Assembly: GCA_951406725.2 (NCBI GenBank) | Contig: OX597818.1 | Span: forward strand, 108,500,001-108,564,000 | From: Octopus vulgaris | Lineage: Eukaryota | Reading direction: 5' to 3' | Length of the DNA: 64,000 bases | In this document: piece by piece, positions 22,840 to 36,167 of the stretch | How the letters are laid out: each line of letters starts with the position of its first letter | Numbering within the stretch: position 1 is the first letter of the stretch | The notes under the pieces: model-generated | What the model was told of the DNA's origin: nothing | The model's input: only the letters and a program-made list of their open reading frames with translations | The model's database searches: none | Position numbers and translations under genes: made by a program

Positions 22840-24546
22840 GAAATTTGTGCTTTTCTTCACTGAGTGATAAAAAATACTTTGACTAAGGACGTAACACTTT
22901 GTTGTGTAGAAAAGTCAGAGTACAAAGATATGAGCCTTAAGCATCGTAGTTATTGTGTCTTGTCAACAGGTACATGGATACATGTGTATGCTAGAAATAC
23001 AATGTGCCAAGGGTAGACAACATACAACATGTAGGCATGATACAGGTCACAAGTAAATGTTGCAACGCTATACTTAGCAGGTCCGTAAACGATTTTTTGT
23101 TTATTCCAAGAAATCTTATTCTTTATGAATCACGAATGGTGTCTTGTTACATGGGTTGAAGGTTCTGATTTATTCCAAATCAAACATTGATGCACACTAG
23201 TCTCAGGAAATGGAACCATCTAATTAATATGTATTAGATATTCTCTTTGTGTACGCACGTTTCCAGGTGAGATAGTTTAAATGAGTAAACAGAAATAGCG
23301 TCGCTGTGTTTTAAGAAAACGAATCCATGATCGAAGAAAATATGATACATTTTAATAAGATACGTTTAATGGGAAAATATTTTGATTTGGTTGTCACCGG
23401 AGTAACGAAGTTATACTTTGGGTGAGTTGAGAAATGGAAGAACAAGAAATTTGACGGAAGTTCCACATATAAAATATTTATTTATCGTTAACCAAATAAT
23501 GTGTTATTACGATGCTTGACAGAAAAGAAGATATTTAAAGCCAGTGAATCAGTTCAGCTGTTTGTGTAAAATGTGTCCCAACACAGACAGTTGAGTGAGT
23601 GGTGAGGATTCTAGTAGTAACACAGTTTGAGTTATATCAAGCCTACCATCATCATCGTCATCATCCTATTTTGAGGGACGTAAATTCTTGCAATTGACTG
23701 CTTGAGCTGTATCGCCACCACTGGTAGTTAGAAGTCAGTTTTATATATAGGTAATGGTCTGTCAAAGAGAAAAGTGATGAAAGAAAATTGTTTAAGGTAT
23801 CCTACTTCTACCAGAGATTTGAGTGGTCAGTTCTTTGCTGATGCCATCAATCGTTAACCGAAAATGATGCTTCACATTTTCGAAATTTGATTGGCTTGCA
23901 ATCCTGGTAGGTCTTGTTGATATTACATCTCATTTAAGTAACTTAAGTTTACAATTTTAAGGAAAAAAAGTCAATTTATACATGTGATCTATGCTCATAT
24001 TCTAACATCTGAAAGAAAACTGATGGCTGAAATTATGGGAAAAATGACTTCAAAAAGGAAATAGAGCACATATTCTCACTTTTAGAAAACCGAAGAACAG
24101 GATCCAAGCATTTTTGTGAAATAGTTCAAGAATAATAGAGTTTAGTTTTTGTTGATTTTGCTTGTATGCCAGGTTATTTACTACCCTGACAGATGAGGAA
24201 ATGAAGACTGCACCAGGTAATTATCAAACAGAATTGATTGGGATGTTGTTTGACAACATATTAAGATAAAAATTTTATTCTAAAATTGTGTTAGTTCTTC
24301 AGTTCTTTAGAAATATATTCATCTAACTGGAAAATGTACCTAGTTATTCATGCAAAAAGGAAGACAATATTTGGCAGCAGTTATTCAGGTGATCAATTAC
24401 TTTCGAAAATGAAGTAGACTAACAACTACTTAAGAACAAAACTGACTGAAACCCAACCAGACAATGTCTTGTTACAAGCTTCAGCAAATCTGAAAACCAT
24501 TATTGAGGTGGTTCCAACCAACAAACAGCATCAAGTTTTGCAGTGA
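22840..24546 (+). pseudogene. Degenerate hAT transposase (Charlie/SPIN/GTF2IRD2-like)
   Basis: DWLAILVGLVDITSHLSNLSLQF*GK at ~23889-23967 resembles WLxDLAFLxDITxHLNxLNLxLQGK. C-terminus FGSSYSGDQLLSKMK...RTKLTE...NKQHQVLQ* (24370-24546) resembles FGSTYxCEQxFSxMK...KQxQxSH. 5' limit approximate. Confidence 0.75.
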
Positions 24547-25574
24547 TTCAATGATTGTTCGCATTTAAATTAATTCTTTTTTTTTCATTCTACTTAATTT
24601 GCCCTCATTCAATGCATCGTGTTTCTATTTTTTACATTTCGTGTGTTTTACAGATTTTTAAAGATTCCTTGTATTTTTTTAAGAAATGACCTGATTGAAA
24701 TAAATTGAGACTAAATTGAGTTCTTTCATTACTAAGCAAAATGATTTTCTTAAATGTGTCATTTTATTGATTTTGTATAAAAAAAAATATAACTAGATGC
24801 ATTCAAATGGATAAATCTCATAGTTAAAATTTTACATGGCATTTATCTGTCCACCATGCACTCATTAATATGCTGTCCAGGTCTGCAGATGTAAACAGGT
24901 GAATGACTCCTATGTACAACTATACTATATGCACAATCAGAAGTGCTGCGTTCGATACATATAACCTCTTTCCAGTTGCAAGAATGAATTGCTATGAAGT
25001 CACATGATCTGACCAATTTAACAGACAACAAACTCCCTCAGTAAGCTCCCTAAGAAGTTAAGTTATTTGACTCACTAAAAATTGCCAAATCTTCCTCAAA
25101 TCATAACCTACTTCTATTTTCAAAAACGAAGTACAAATTTGATGATGTGGGTATCATATACACTCTGTCTGATTAAAAGATAGGATGATCACACCTGAAA
25201 CATTTTTTATCAGACTCACCCAAAGTAACAGCAAGAGCTAAGTCACTATTATATTTAAAATGGAGGCATAGACCTATGTTTTGAATATCAGGATGACTCC
25301 GTGGCCATAACTAGATACATCAAGGGGAAAATTTCCATGCTAATAAAAATTACTCAACGACAATTTGCATGCAATTACACACACACACACACACACACAT
25401 GGAAGCACACATACACCCAAACACAGACATATTTCTTGCTTGTCCTTTAGTTTTAAATATTCTTATATATTTTCTGTTTAACATATTCTGTTGTGTACCT
25501 CTTAGTCATTGAATGGCATCTTCTAAAAGCAATTTAATCCATTCACTAATGTAATAGGTTAATTTATGACAGGA

Positions 25575-25625
<51 letters not shown>

Positions 25626-25629
25626 TCAG

Positions 25630-26700
25630 CTGCATTTCTTTATGTCCAGATATATGTTCTGAGAAGCTGTGTATAAATAACCTGCAACAATGCAATCTAC
25701 TTGTTACAGTTACAACACACTGATGACATATTAGAGACCAGAGCTGTTTCATCACTTGAATATATGAATCTCTTCATTCATCCCCGATGAACACCTCTGT
25801 GACCTCTGAGTATCTATTCTGGAAACATCCTAACTGTTGATCTAGTTCCAAAAGCTCCTGTTTCCATTACTGGTCCTAACAGTGAGTCATTGCCTTGTTC
25901 ACCAAGATATATGTGCACATTCTCTAGAAATCAGTAAAATGTAGTTGAAAGTGATTTATTACCCTCCCACATCTGAAACTAAAGTGAGAGCCCTTGGTAA
26001 ATTAAAAAGTTCTGAATAAATATTTATTTAATAGATCCAGATACAAAATATTACTTGTGAAATTCTTTTCGGTGTGTTACCAATTCCTGATTTCTCATAC
26101 AATGTAGATTTTGAAATAAATTTACTCTTGTGAAATTATGCACTGGAAATTGCATCAGAGTTTCTTACCACTTAGCAATGTGAACTGTTTTTGTCAGCAT
26201 AAAATTTAGGCAGGGACAACTTGTGAGCTAGATTTAAAGATAATAATCTTGCATGCTAAGAATTGTCTCATCATTTGTCCCCTTCTAACATCTTTGAGTT
26301 TTCTAAAGCAAAACAGAACTTGATTTCTCATTTAGATGCTAGATTGGAGTTCCACTAAATTTAAAACATAATCTGGCACATCTTTGATGTTCTGGTATTT
26401 AAAGCGTTATAGCTATCAGCTTAATTAATACACTTCAAAGAATGTTGCTTAGTGTAATCCCATGCACATCAAGGAATTTATAAAATTAAAAATGCTAAAT
26501 TCTCTTGGTTCTAATCAAGCTTTTGTCTCATTTATAATTCTCCAATTTTTCACCAAAGTCTGTTAAGTTGGTTCACAGCCAGAATAAAGCTGATGCATCA
26601 ATCTTTCTGGAATTAGTTCATAACACTGAACAATTTTAATACTACAATGTATTCACTTCTTAGAGTTTTTTCATGGATATATTTGCGATTTTTGGCTTCG
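25630..26700 (-). pseudogene. Possible second, very decayed hAT-like transposase
   Basis: Minus-strand FIYSSDETAL followed by RLHCCRL is reminiscent of SDGAxxM...HCxxHRL; no continuous ORF. Confidence 0.25.
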
Positions 26701-26977
26701 TTCTCTAATAATATCTACAGGGGTGGGGGTACACCTGCAATCACCTACATCTGTTGCAAGATTACTTTCTACACATGTGACTTTTTTTTATAATTTTCAG
26801 TATTATCATTTTTCTATTATTATTTAAAAGAAATATGCTCTGTTTAAAAGCATCCAAAAGTGTGTCTTATATCGGAAGATTGAATTTTTCTGTAAGAGAA
26901 TAAAAGAAAGAAAAACACAGAGCCCAAGGGAACAAGCAGAGGTGCTGATTAAAATTTTTATAAGATTTGTGAAATAA

Positions 26978-27098
26978 AATGAGCTCCTGAGCAGCGTTGG
27001 GTGACACGAGATGAGCTCAAGAGCTGCATTGGGTGACATGATATGAGCTTTTGAGCAGCATATGGTGGATTGAGATGAGCTCAAGAGCTGCATTGAGT
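26978..27098. repeat. Minisatellite, ~4 x 32 bp
   Basis: Unit approximately ATGAGCTCAAGAGCTGCATTGGGTGACATGAG. Confidence 0.8.
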
Positions 27099-29327
27099 AA
27101 CAGACTTTCAAACTGAAATTTTTAGCTTGATTCTACATTGCCTTCATGCTTCTTTGTGTTGTTTATAATCTCCATAGAATAATTCAAATAATGAATACCA
27201 TACCAATGTGCCAATCATTTGAGCGATGCAAGTGTAGTTTCTCATTTCCTATGAGGTGAGATGTTGATCATAAGCCATGTTTTTAGATCTGCTATCCTCA
27301 TACCAGGCAAAAGCTTCCTGAAAATTCTTTCATTCTGTAACTACTGCAATGGTCATTTTTGAAACTCTATGCTAAAAGATGGCCTTTGTTTTTTTCCCGA
27401 TTTTTATAGAATTTTACTTTGTTTAATGTTATTGTTTCCGAGACTTAAAATAACGATGTTTAATCATGTTATGCCAATGAAGTTTATCTGAAACCCCAAC
27501 GAATACTTGAATATAAATTGAAATTACAGAAGATATATTAACTACAAATTATTGCTGGAAATATAGATGCAGGTGTGGGGTGGTGTAGTAAGGTGTTCGC
27601 TTCCCAACCACATGGTTCTGGGTTCAGTTCTACAGTGTAGCACCTTGAGTAAGTGTTTTCTACTATAGCCACAGGTTGACCAAAGCCTTGTGTGTGGATA
27701 TGATTGATGGAAACTGACAGGAAGTCGTCATGTGTACACCTGTATAATGCACAGACAGTCAGACAGATAGATAGATACTGGGATCGTTTCATTTCACTAG
27801 GAATTCTTCAAGATAGTGCACCAGCAGTGCAATAGTCTAATGACTGAAAGAAGTAAAAAAAAAAGAAGAAAAAAAGAAATGTTAAAAGAATGTTCAAGCT
27901 GGTGTCAAATTCTTCAGCCAAATTTCCAAATTATTCTATAGCATAAATTCACATTTCACTCTTTGGCTTCGAGCTTGGTGCCAACCATTTTGAAGCGATA
28001 CCACTTTGATTGCTAATTTTAGAGTTCACTTTTGTTATGTTGTTTTGGCCAAACACTGACTACTAGCTTCTGGAGTAAATTTTTCAAATAACAGTATGTG
28101 AACAACTATTCTCTCTCTCTCTCCGGTGCAGAATGGTGCTTATTGCGTGCCACCAGCACAAGAGCTGGTCAGGCAGCACAAGTTATTAAATGCAAGAAAG
28201 GGCGTTACTTCTGCCACACCCTGTATATTTATCATTGTTTGTATAGCTGCATGCCAATGTTATTGGTGTTCCTCCTAAAGTCTCTCCTGATCCAGAAAAC
28301 TAATACAAAAAACAAGTTTGAGTTTCACTCATCTCGTCTTTTTTACATTCATTCAGTTTGATTACTTTCGTAGCAAGGCTCTTTGAGTTGTTCTTCAGTG
28401 CATCTCCAACAGGCAACAATCAAAGCTACACCAAATGCAACTATCATTCATATTTATTTGTATAAAGTAGGTTGTGTGTACTTCTACAAAAGAAATATGT
28501 AAATATCATAAAGAAGCCACTTTAATTCACGTCACTCAGCCTCCATCTCTTTCATCGACAATTTGAAAATCTACAAGCACACACCAGTATTACTGTTAAG
28601 TGTTGTTCATATTCATTTAAGAATACGGAACCAGGATACTGGATACATTTTCAAGAATCTATATACATATATGTGTGTGTGTATGTGTGTGCACACACAC
28701 ACACACATACACATATACATGCATATATATATACACACACACACATGCACACACAACAAGCACATACACATACACACTTATGCACTGACATGCACACTAT
28801 CTCACACATATATGCACACATACACACATGAAAATGTGACCCTTTAGAGATAGCAATAGGCTATGTAGACTCATTACATAGCTGTGTTGTTCAGAACCTC
28901 ATTTCACAAAACCCACGGTTCCAGGACCTCATCTTCTCTTATAGTTTCGGATAGTCTGATGCCTTCTGAATGGAATTAATCAGATGTAAAGTAACCTCAG
29001 AGCATTTCAAGGAGATTTTCTGTTTCATGTGATGTCAGGTGTCATTCATCGGAAGCAAACTTGGATATTTGTCAACTGATCCAGATAAATTCTGTTCTTT
29101 CTATTCAAAGTGGTTTTGAATTGTGAAAAATAGGCAATTTCTCTCAAGACAGGAGTCATGCATTTAGATAAATCCCTAAAACGCTGTTATATTGGCTATG
29201 AAATCCCAAATAATGCTGTTGGTCTATTCTCTACTTCACAATCTCCATATATTCTTTGGTAAGTGAATGAAGTGTTCTGGCATTATCAACAGCTTGGTAC
29301 TTGGATACCATGAAGAAACCAGTTTAA

Positions 29328-29542
29328 CCCTTTCGTTACTGTATTTCTGTTGAGATGCTCTGTGTTACTTTCAGTTAATTCTAAATATAACAAAGAATTT
29401 AGTAATATAACTTAGTTATCATTCAGCTGGTGTTAGGAACATAAATTGTGACTAAGGTTTGGTGGAAGATTTTAATTCGAAACTTATGAAAACAAGACAT
29501 TTGTACTCAGAGCCAGTTTCAGCCAGGTTGGTATCAAAAGGA
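29328..29542. mobile_element. piggyBac-like MITE, copy 1
   Basis: TTAA|CCCTTTCGTTAC...GTATCAAAAGGA|TTAA. Confidence 0.85.
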
Positions 29543-29573
29543 TTAAGAATTGTTTCTCTGTTATATATTTTAA

Positions 29574-29804
29574 CCCTTTCGTTACCATATTTCTGTTGAG
29601 ATATTCCGTGTTTCTTTCAATTACTTTAAATATAACAAAGAATTTAGTAAAATAACTTAGTTATCATTAAGCTAGTGTTAGGAAAATAAATTGTGACTAA
29701 GGTTTGGTGGAAGATTTTAATTCAAAACTTATGAAAACAAGACATTTGTAGACATTTGTACTACAGAGCCAGAGGCAGTTTCAGCTGGGTTGGTAACAAA
29801 AGAG
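29574..29804. mobile_element. piggyBac-like MITE, copy 2
   Basis: TTAA|CCCTTTCGTTACCA...TGGTAACAAAAGAG|TTAA; same family and orientation as copy 1. Confidence 0.85.
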
Positions 29805-29889
29805 TTAATTCACAAATCTCTCTTGTTCTTAAAAATTATTTGAATGTTTAGTTACACGCACAACTGTTGCATAAAATGGATTGCTTCAT

Positions 29890-30470
29890 CTAGATGGTTG
29901 GTTGGTTCTGTAGAAGTTGCTGGTAACCCCTCTTTTTTAGAAGACCTAATTACCAATGGAGGTGGGTACTCTAGAAATATAGTAGGCAGAAAAAGGCAAA
30001 TCCCAAGAGTTATAATTCCAGTTAACAGCAAAAGGATTCACTCTCCATATGAAGCATAGAAAGCATGAGAATGGTGCCTCATGCATGGCACCAAAGCACT
30101 GAATGCAGATGATGCACAAAGGCAGGAAAGAAATAAGGTGTGTATGTGATGCAAGATTTGTAATATCTATGAGAATGAAGAATAGAGACAAGCCAAGAGA
30201 ATAACTGGATTTAAGGGAAATTGGCCGTAAACAAGAGGACTGTGTAGGTACAAAGAAAGAATACTTGTAAAGGACTCGAGCTGAGTAAAGGCAATGCCAA
30301 GCAATCTAAGTGAAAGGATTGGCAGAAAAGAAAAACAAAGGAGGAATTGGTGATAACCGATCTGAGAAAGCTGATCCGTACAAAGATAAAAAGAAGCCAC
30401 AAAGTGCAAAATGCAGCGTTGGAAGAGAGACACTGAACCAGGCAAGCATGAAAAGAGTTTCCATAAAGTG
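29890..30470 (+). pseudogene. Decayed RTE-like RT C-terminal fragment
   Basis: VEVAGNPSFLEDLITNGGGYSRNIVGR resembles VEVVDxFxYLGDxISxGGG; then LTAKGFTL. Confidence 0.45.
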
Positions 30471-30472
30471 AT

Positions 30473-30510
<38 letters not shown>

Positions 30511-31895
30511 GCACACACACATACTTACATATAAACGTACACATGTTCATACGTGTGTGTGTATGTATGTATGTATGTGTGTGTATATATGTATGTATGT
30601 ATGCATGCATGTATGTATATAGCATACATGCTTCTCCGTGTAGCTGTATAGATGTATATCTGACATTCTGCCAAGGCATAAACATATAATAACTGCCCAG
30701 CATGTAAATGATGTATTTGTCATATATAGATCAATGAAAGAGTGAGGAAAGACCTGGGAAATTTCTGTCTTATATCAAAATATGTGAATAACTTAAGGAA
30801 AATCATAGCAACACAACTTTATTTCTGAATGGAAATACACGGATAATGAAGAACAGATATGTTATGTCCATTCGAAGTGAAACACTAACAAATGTCTTTT
30901 AATACACAGAAACGTTGACTCTCCGCACAGATATAAAATGGCAGCAGTAAAACCTGAAACTCAAAGAAGCATTTAGATTCTCTGCCACAAACAAAGCATC
31001 ACGTAATCAGCAAAATAAAAACAAATATTGAGTAATAAGGAGTATGGAAGTAAGTTGGTAGACCATATTATAGAACATTATAGGAACAAATTCAAACATA
31101 ATAAATACAACACCTGGTAAAACAAACAAACCAGACATAAAATATATGACACGAATCAAGAGCATCCGAGCGAATACAAATTTGTGTTTCATTTTTAAGC
31201 TTTCATGGTATTTTATATCAGATAATTGTGTTGTCAGCAAAGGTTCTTCTGCCTAATTTTATTCTATGTTTTATGATATATTCCAACTGCTTGTTGCTGT
31301 AAATGCATGTTGAGGCCGTGATAACATGATATACTTGTAACTGTTGCCGCCATGCAGCTTGCAACTTCCATGTTTCCATGAAATTTCGTTGAAGCATTGA
31401 TCATCTGAGGTTTGTTCCGTAGTTCACAGGTTTGTGGTTTATGGCTGATAAGGAGGTCATAAATTTGGGTGTTTTTATAATATTCTGGAAGAAATACCAT
31501 GAAGCCATTCATAAACACACGCACACACACACCAACTTCTCCACAGATGGAGGGTACCCCATTTTGATTTATTTGTTTCTTCTTTTTACGTCCTCTTTAT
31601 TTTGTTCTCTGACCTGCCACTGACCATTATTCCCAGTTGTCTCTCTCTTCCAGGAACATCAGCATTCTCAGATCAAAAACAAACCATTTGAAAGAGCACA
31701 ACCTGCATTATATCTAATCCATAAACTCACACACACACACACACATGTACACACACACACACACTCAGACACTGATTAACCCTTGTTTTTTTCCCCACTT
31801 TTATCTTTTTAGAGTATCAAAGCCTCCATCTTTGTAAATCTCTGAATGGGTAGTCAAAGGCCATAGTTGAACCAGTGGTCAGGTTTTAGTTGTGT

Positions 31896-32118
31896 TAAGG
31901 TGGCAAGCTGGCAGAAACGTTTGCATGCCAGCCGAAATGTGTAGCCATATTTCGTCTGCCGTTACTTTCTGAGTTCAAATTCCACCGATGTCGACTTTGC
32001 CTTTCATCCTTTCGGGGTCAATAAATTAAGTACCAGTTACGCACTGGGATCGATGTAATCGACTTAATCTCTTTGTCTGTCCCCTCTGTGTTTAGCCCCT
32101 TGTGGGTAGTAAAGAAAT
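31896..32118 (+). mobile_element. SINE family A monomer with 15-bp TSD
   Basis: AGGTTTTAGTTGTGT at 31881-31895 and 32119-32133; ends AAAGAAAT. Confidence 0.9.
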
Positions 32119-33281
32119 AGGTTTTAGTTGTGTATAGGGGGACTTAGAAACTGCTAATTACAAACAGAAATTCGAGTGAATTCTAAGGTGCATGCATTAA
32201 AAAACAACAAAGAATGACTCTACCAAAATGAATAACAAGCAGTTTAACTAACAAGATCAAAATTCATGCCAAATCAATAGCCATGCAAATGGAATTTCAT
32301 TCAATTCCATACATGCGACTATATTCCAGGAATGGTATGAAAACATATCTGAATTTTAGTTTAAAGTACCGTGAAGCTCTGGTTTATCAATTTTTTTAGC
32401 TAATGTTCACATCTTGCACCGATATACATCAGTGGAAGACACATACACACATTTAAATGACTGGAAACGGTTTTATTAAAATGAAACTTCTTAAAGAATT
32501 GAAATAATGATAAGATAGATTCTATAAACAGGCAACTGTATGAAAAATTTTTGAAGGAGTGAAAGGCAATATTAAAAAGCTTAAAAACTGTTGCATACCA
32601 TTTCCAGAGAATGAAGGATAAAATCTATTAATAAAATGAAAAAGGTGAGATTGAAAAATAAATAGCTGTTGCTATGAGTTACCATGGAAATAAAAGATCA
32701 GCAGATTGAAATGAAAGTTTCAGGAGAGAGAGAGAAAGCTCATTACAAGTTGAAAGCAAATAATTTTCGTTTCCCCGTAAAAAAAGGGAAATGTTATATG
32801 CTGGTAAATTTAGGAAATTTGTAACTAATAGCAAATTAAATTATTTAGTTATGAATTATGGTGAAATAAAGGGGACAAATATGAACTCAATTAACGAATG
32901 TTACATAAGAGTAAATGTCTTTAAATGAGCCTGGGTTAATGGTCAAGTGTTTGTAAACAAATTTAAGAACATGGAAAAATTGCATGGATATATGGGAACT
33001 AAGAATAACGTTAAATAATAATAACTCAAATACTAAGAGAGAATGGTGAGGTAAAATTTGAAGTGTTGTTTTGGAAATTAATAATATATGAAGTTAGATG
33101 GTTTATAATATTCTCTTCTTCAACTACTTATCAAACCAAGGAGTTTGGTAAAGGAAGCAATTGACTAAAGTAAAAATCTAAAGTAAATATTAATCAATGT
33201 TGATAAGGGGACAAACACTCACATTTAAAATAATCCAAGGCAAATGAAACAAGAAAGGACGTAAAATTTCAATGAAGATAG

Positions 33282-33838
33282 TATAATGGAACTGGTTAAT
33301 TCTTTACACTGTTTGGGTGCAAACCGATTTCCTTTCTTTAATTTCCAGTAACTACCAGTCAGGAACAAAAACGCAACCGTAAAAATATATATACTCTTTA
33401 TTTCTTATTTGCAAAAGAAGTACGTTGGTATATTGGTATCCACTTGGTTCGATATAGCAAGGCTAAATTTTAACATTTGTAAGATTTTTGCAACAAATTC
33501 AGCAGCAACAGAGCAGGTCAAATTCTAAGCGTCTGGGACAGGAGAATAGGCTGATCACACGTTTAACACGTCCTTTCTCTTCAATAGCCGTGTCTCAAGT
33601 CAACGACGCTAACAAGGAACGCGATAGAATTTTCTTCCCCAGTCTCTAGCGCATGTGCATGAGGGAACTTCCTTAGGCCTTTCCAGAAGGTTCCAGCCCC
33701 GCACACGCACACTGAAGAATGACGTTCCGCACACTGAAGATTGACGTTCCGCACATGCGCACTGAAGAATGACGTTCCGCACACGCGCACTGAAGAATGA
33801 CGTTGCGTGTGCGCACACTAGAAAATAACGTCACTACA
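33282..33838 (-). mobile_element. Probable Gypsy-type solo LTR with an internal tandem array
   Basis: Minus strand starts TGTAGTGACG and ends CCATTATA (for ..TTACA); flanks ATAG/ATGG form a near 4-bp TSD; minus-strand AATAAA at ~33400; 4-5 copies of GCACTGAAGAATGACGTTCCGCACAC at 33700-33835. Confidence 0.6.
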
Positions 33839-34200
33839 ATGGTAATGTGTCTCATTCTGTAACATAAAAACCAAATTCCTGTGAATTGAAGATTGTCACT
33901 ATTGAGATAACTGCCTTTGCTCTCTGAAAAATTCTAATAAATATAGACCAGATTTAATTTGGTAATTTAAAAAAGACTTTATGTATTTTATTTTTGTATT
34001 TAGAACGTTGTTTTACCAATTACAATAGAGACTAACCCAGCCAATACTAACTTTCTAGATGTTGTGTTAAATCTAACCAACTTACGTTGATATCCATACC
34101 ATTACCCAAATGAATCATTCATAATCATTGTAATTGCCTTAGAGATGTTATTAATAATTTAGTCAAAGAATTTCTATGTATTTTGTACTTTATTGTGCTA
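33839..34200 (+). pseudogene. Decayed Penelope-type RT fragment (host of the solo LTR)
   Basis: HY*DNCL (like LYRDDGL) then LPITIETNPANTNFLDVVLNLTN...YPYHYPNE, typical of the Penelope RT C-terminal region; may continue upstream at ~32400-33281. Confidence 0.5.
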
Positions 34201-35116
34201 CATGCTTTCCAGGACAAAACAATTCAAATGTTTAGTTGGTATTGGAGATTTGGCACAGAGAATTTCAAAGCTTTCAGATGTGCAGAGTTCCCATAGTTTT
34301 TGGTTATAATGGCTGTGGACAAAACGTTCTAAAAATAACAAAATCTTTTAGCTCTACAAATATTAATTTCATATTTCCCAAATTCAATAGTATATAATGA
34401 TTTCTATTACTGAGTAACACACGTTATTCCCCTTCAACATGCTCTCCAATTTTTTAAACTCCCATCTTCCAATTCTTTATTCCTCTAATTATTTTATTGT
34501 AATAGCTATTAATTTCATATTTCCAAAATTCAACAGTCATCATCATCATCATCGTTTAACGTCCATTTTCCATGCTGGCATGGGCTGGACAGTTCAATTG
34601 GGGTCTGGAAATTCAGGTGGCTGTACCAGACACCAGTCTGATCTGGCAATGCCCTTCCTAATGCCAACCACTCTGAGAGTGTAGTGGGTGCTTTTTACAT
34701 GCCACTGGCACAGGCCAGGGGGGCTAGCATCAACCATGATCGGATGGTGCTTTTTATGTGCCACCGGCATAGGAGCCAGTCAAGGTGGTGCTGGCATCAG
34801 CCATGTTCAGATGGTGCTTTTTATGTGCCACCAACACAAGAACCACAATTATAATTCCATTTGATTGTGATTGTGGTTTAATTTGATGTTGATGTACTCG
34901 ACTCAATAGGTCTCCTCAAGCATGGCATGTTGCCCTACAACCCAAGGGTACTTTATGAGTTGGCTGCTCTCCAATCTTTTTAACTCCCATCAGCCAATTT
35001 TTTATTCCTATGATTATTTTATTGTAATAGCTATTTTTCACCCAACTTTTTTTTTATATATACAGATTCAGGTTCATTCCCTCACTGCATCCCGTTTATT
35101 TCACTGAAACTATATA

Positions 35117-35333
35117 CAAGGTGTTCAAAAAGTCTCTCTGCTGTAAATTTTTTCATCCTGACTCTCCAAGATGTATTTCAAAACGTGTGTAGAAGATTCA
35201 ACTTATGTACTGAAAATGAAGGACGACACTTTCAATTCCTCTTATAAAGTTTTTTAAAGTCTTGTAAAGTCTAATATATTCTTTTGCAGTTTTATACCAT
35301 CTTATTTTGTGGAGAGACTTTTTGAACACCCTG
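35117..35333 (+). mobile_element. Tc1/mariner-superfamily MITE (internal deletion derivative)
   Basis: TA|CAAGGTGTTCAAAAAGTCTCTC...GAGAGACTTTTTGAACACCCTG|TA; interior retains RRFNLCTENEGRHFQFLL, resembling a transposase C-terminus. Confidence 0.85.
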
Positions 35334-35609
35334 TATATGTGATTTGGTAAATTCTGAAATGAATGGCCCTGGTTTGCTCATATATTTTCTTATATGTCTT
35401 GAAGATGGTTTTTGGGGAATCTTGCTATTTGATACGACATCAGCCTCTCCAAGTATTCACAGACATAGATCATCAATAGTTCATAGCTATAATTGTGTTA
35501 CAAGGAAGATGGTGACTTCATTTTTGTTGGTTCCACCTACTCTGTAAAGTGGTTGGTGCTAGGAAGGCCATCCAGCCATAGAAACTACATCAAAACATAT
35601 ATTGAAGCT

Positions 35610-35960
35610 TGGTGAACTCTACCTGTGCACTAAATTCCTTGCCATACTCATTGCCAACCTTTACCTTACTGACAGCATACCTGTATATGGCTTCTACAGC
35701 CCTCACCAAACCCTCATCTATACCTAGGTTCCACATTGCCCATCAGTTAAGGGAGTTGGGACTCTGACAAGGGCATTCTCTCTGACAACAAAAGCCAGTT
35801 ACAGGGGTTTATTTTTGGTTAAATACTTCTTGTGAAGTTACCTTACTAGAAATGTACAATCAGTCATGCTTCTGTCAGGCAGAAAACCAAACTGCATCTC
35901 AGCTAAGCTAACTCTCTTCCTAATTAGTTGAGCTATAACCCACTGTCTAATTTCATTACG
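35610..35960 (-). pseudogene. RTE-like RT fragment
   Basis: VIAQLIRKRVSLAEMQFGFLPDRSMTDCTFLVR*LHKKYLTKNKPL*LAFV...RVP. Confidence 0.75.
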
Positions 35961-36167
35961 TCATATATAAACACACACACACACACACACTCCATAACAC
36001 AAGCAAATACTTAAAGGTGTATTTTAGAGCAATGATGTATGTATGAGTCTATGCATGTATGTGTGTGTATGTATGTATGTGTGTGTGTGTATGTACGTAT
36101 ATATGTATGTATGCATGCATGTATGTATGTATGTGTGTTTGTATGTATGTATGTACGTATGTATATC

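Noticed and set aside
33700-33835. CRISPR-like repeat arrays (also 26978-27098, 54550-54745)
   Set aside because: No unique spacers of constant length, no cas genes, eukaryotic transposon context.
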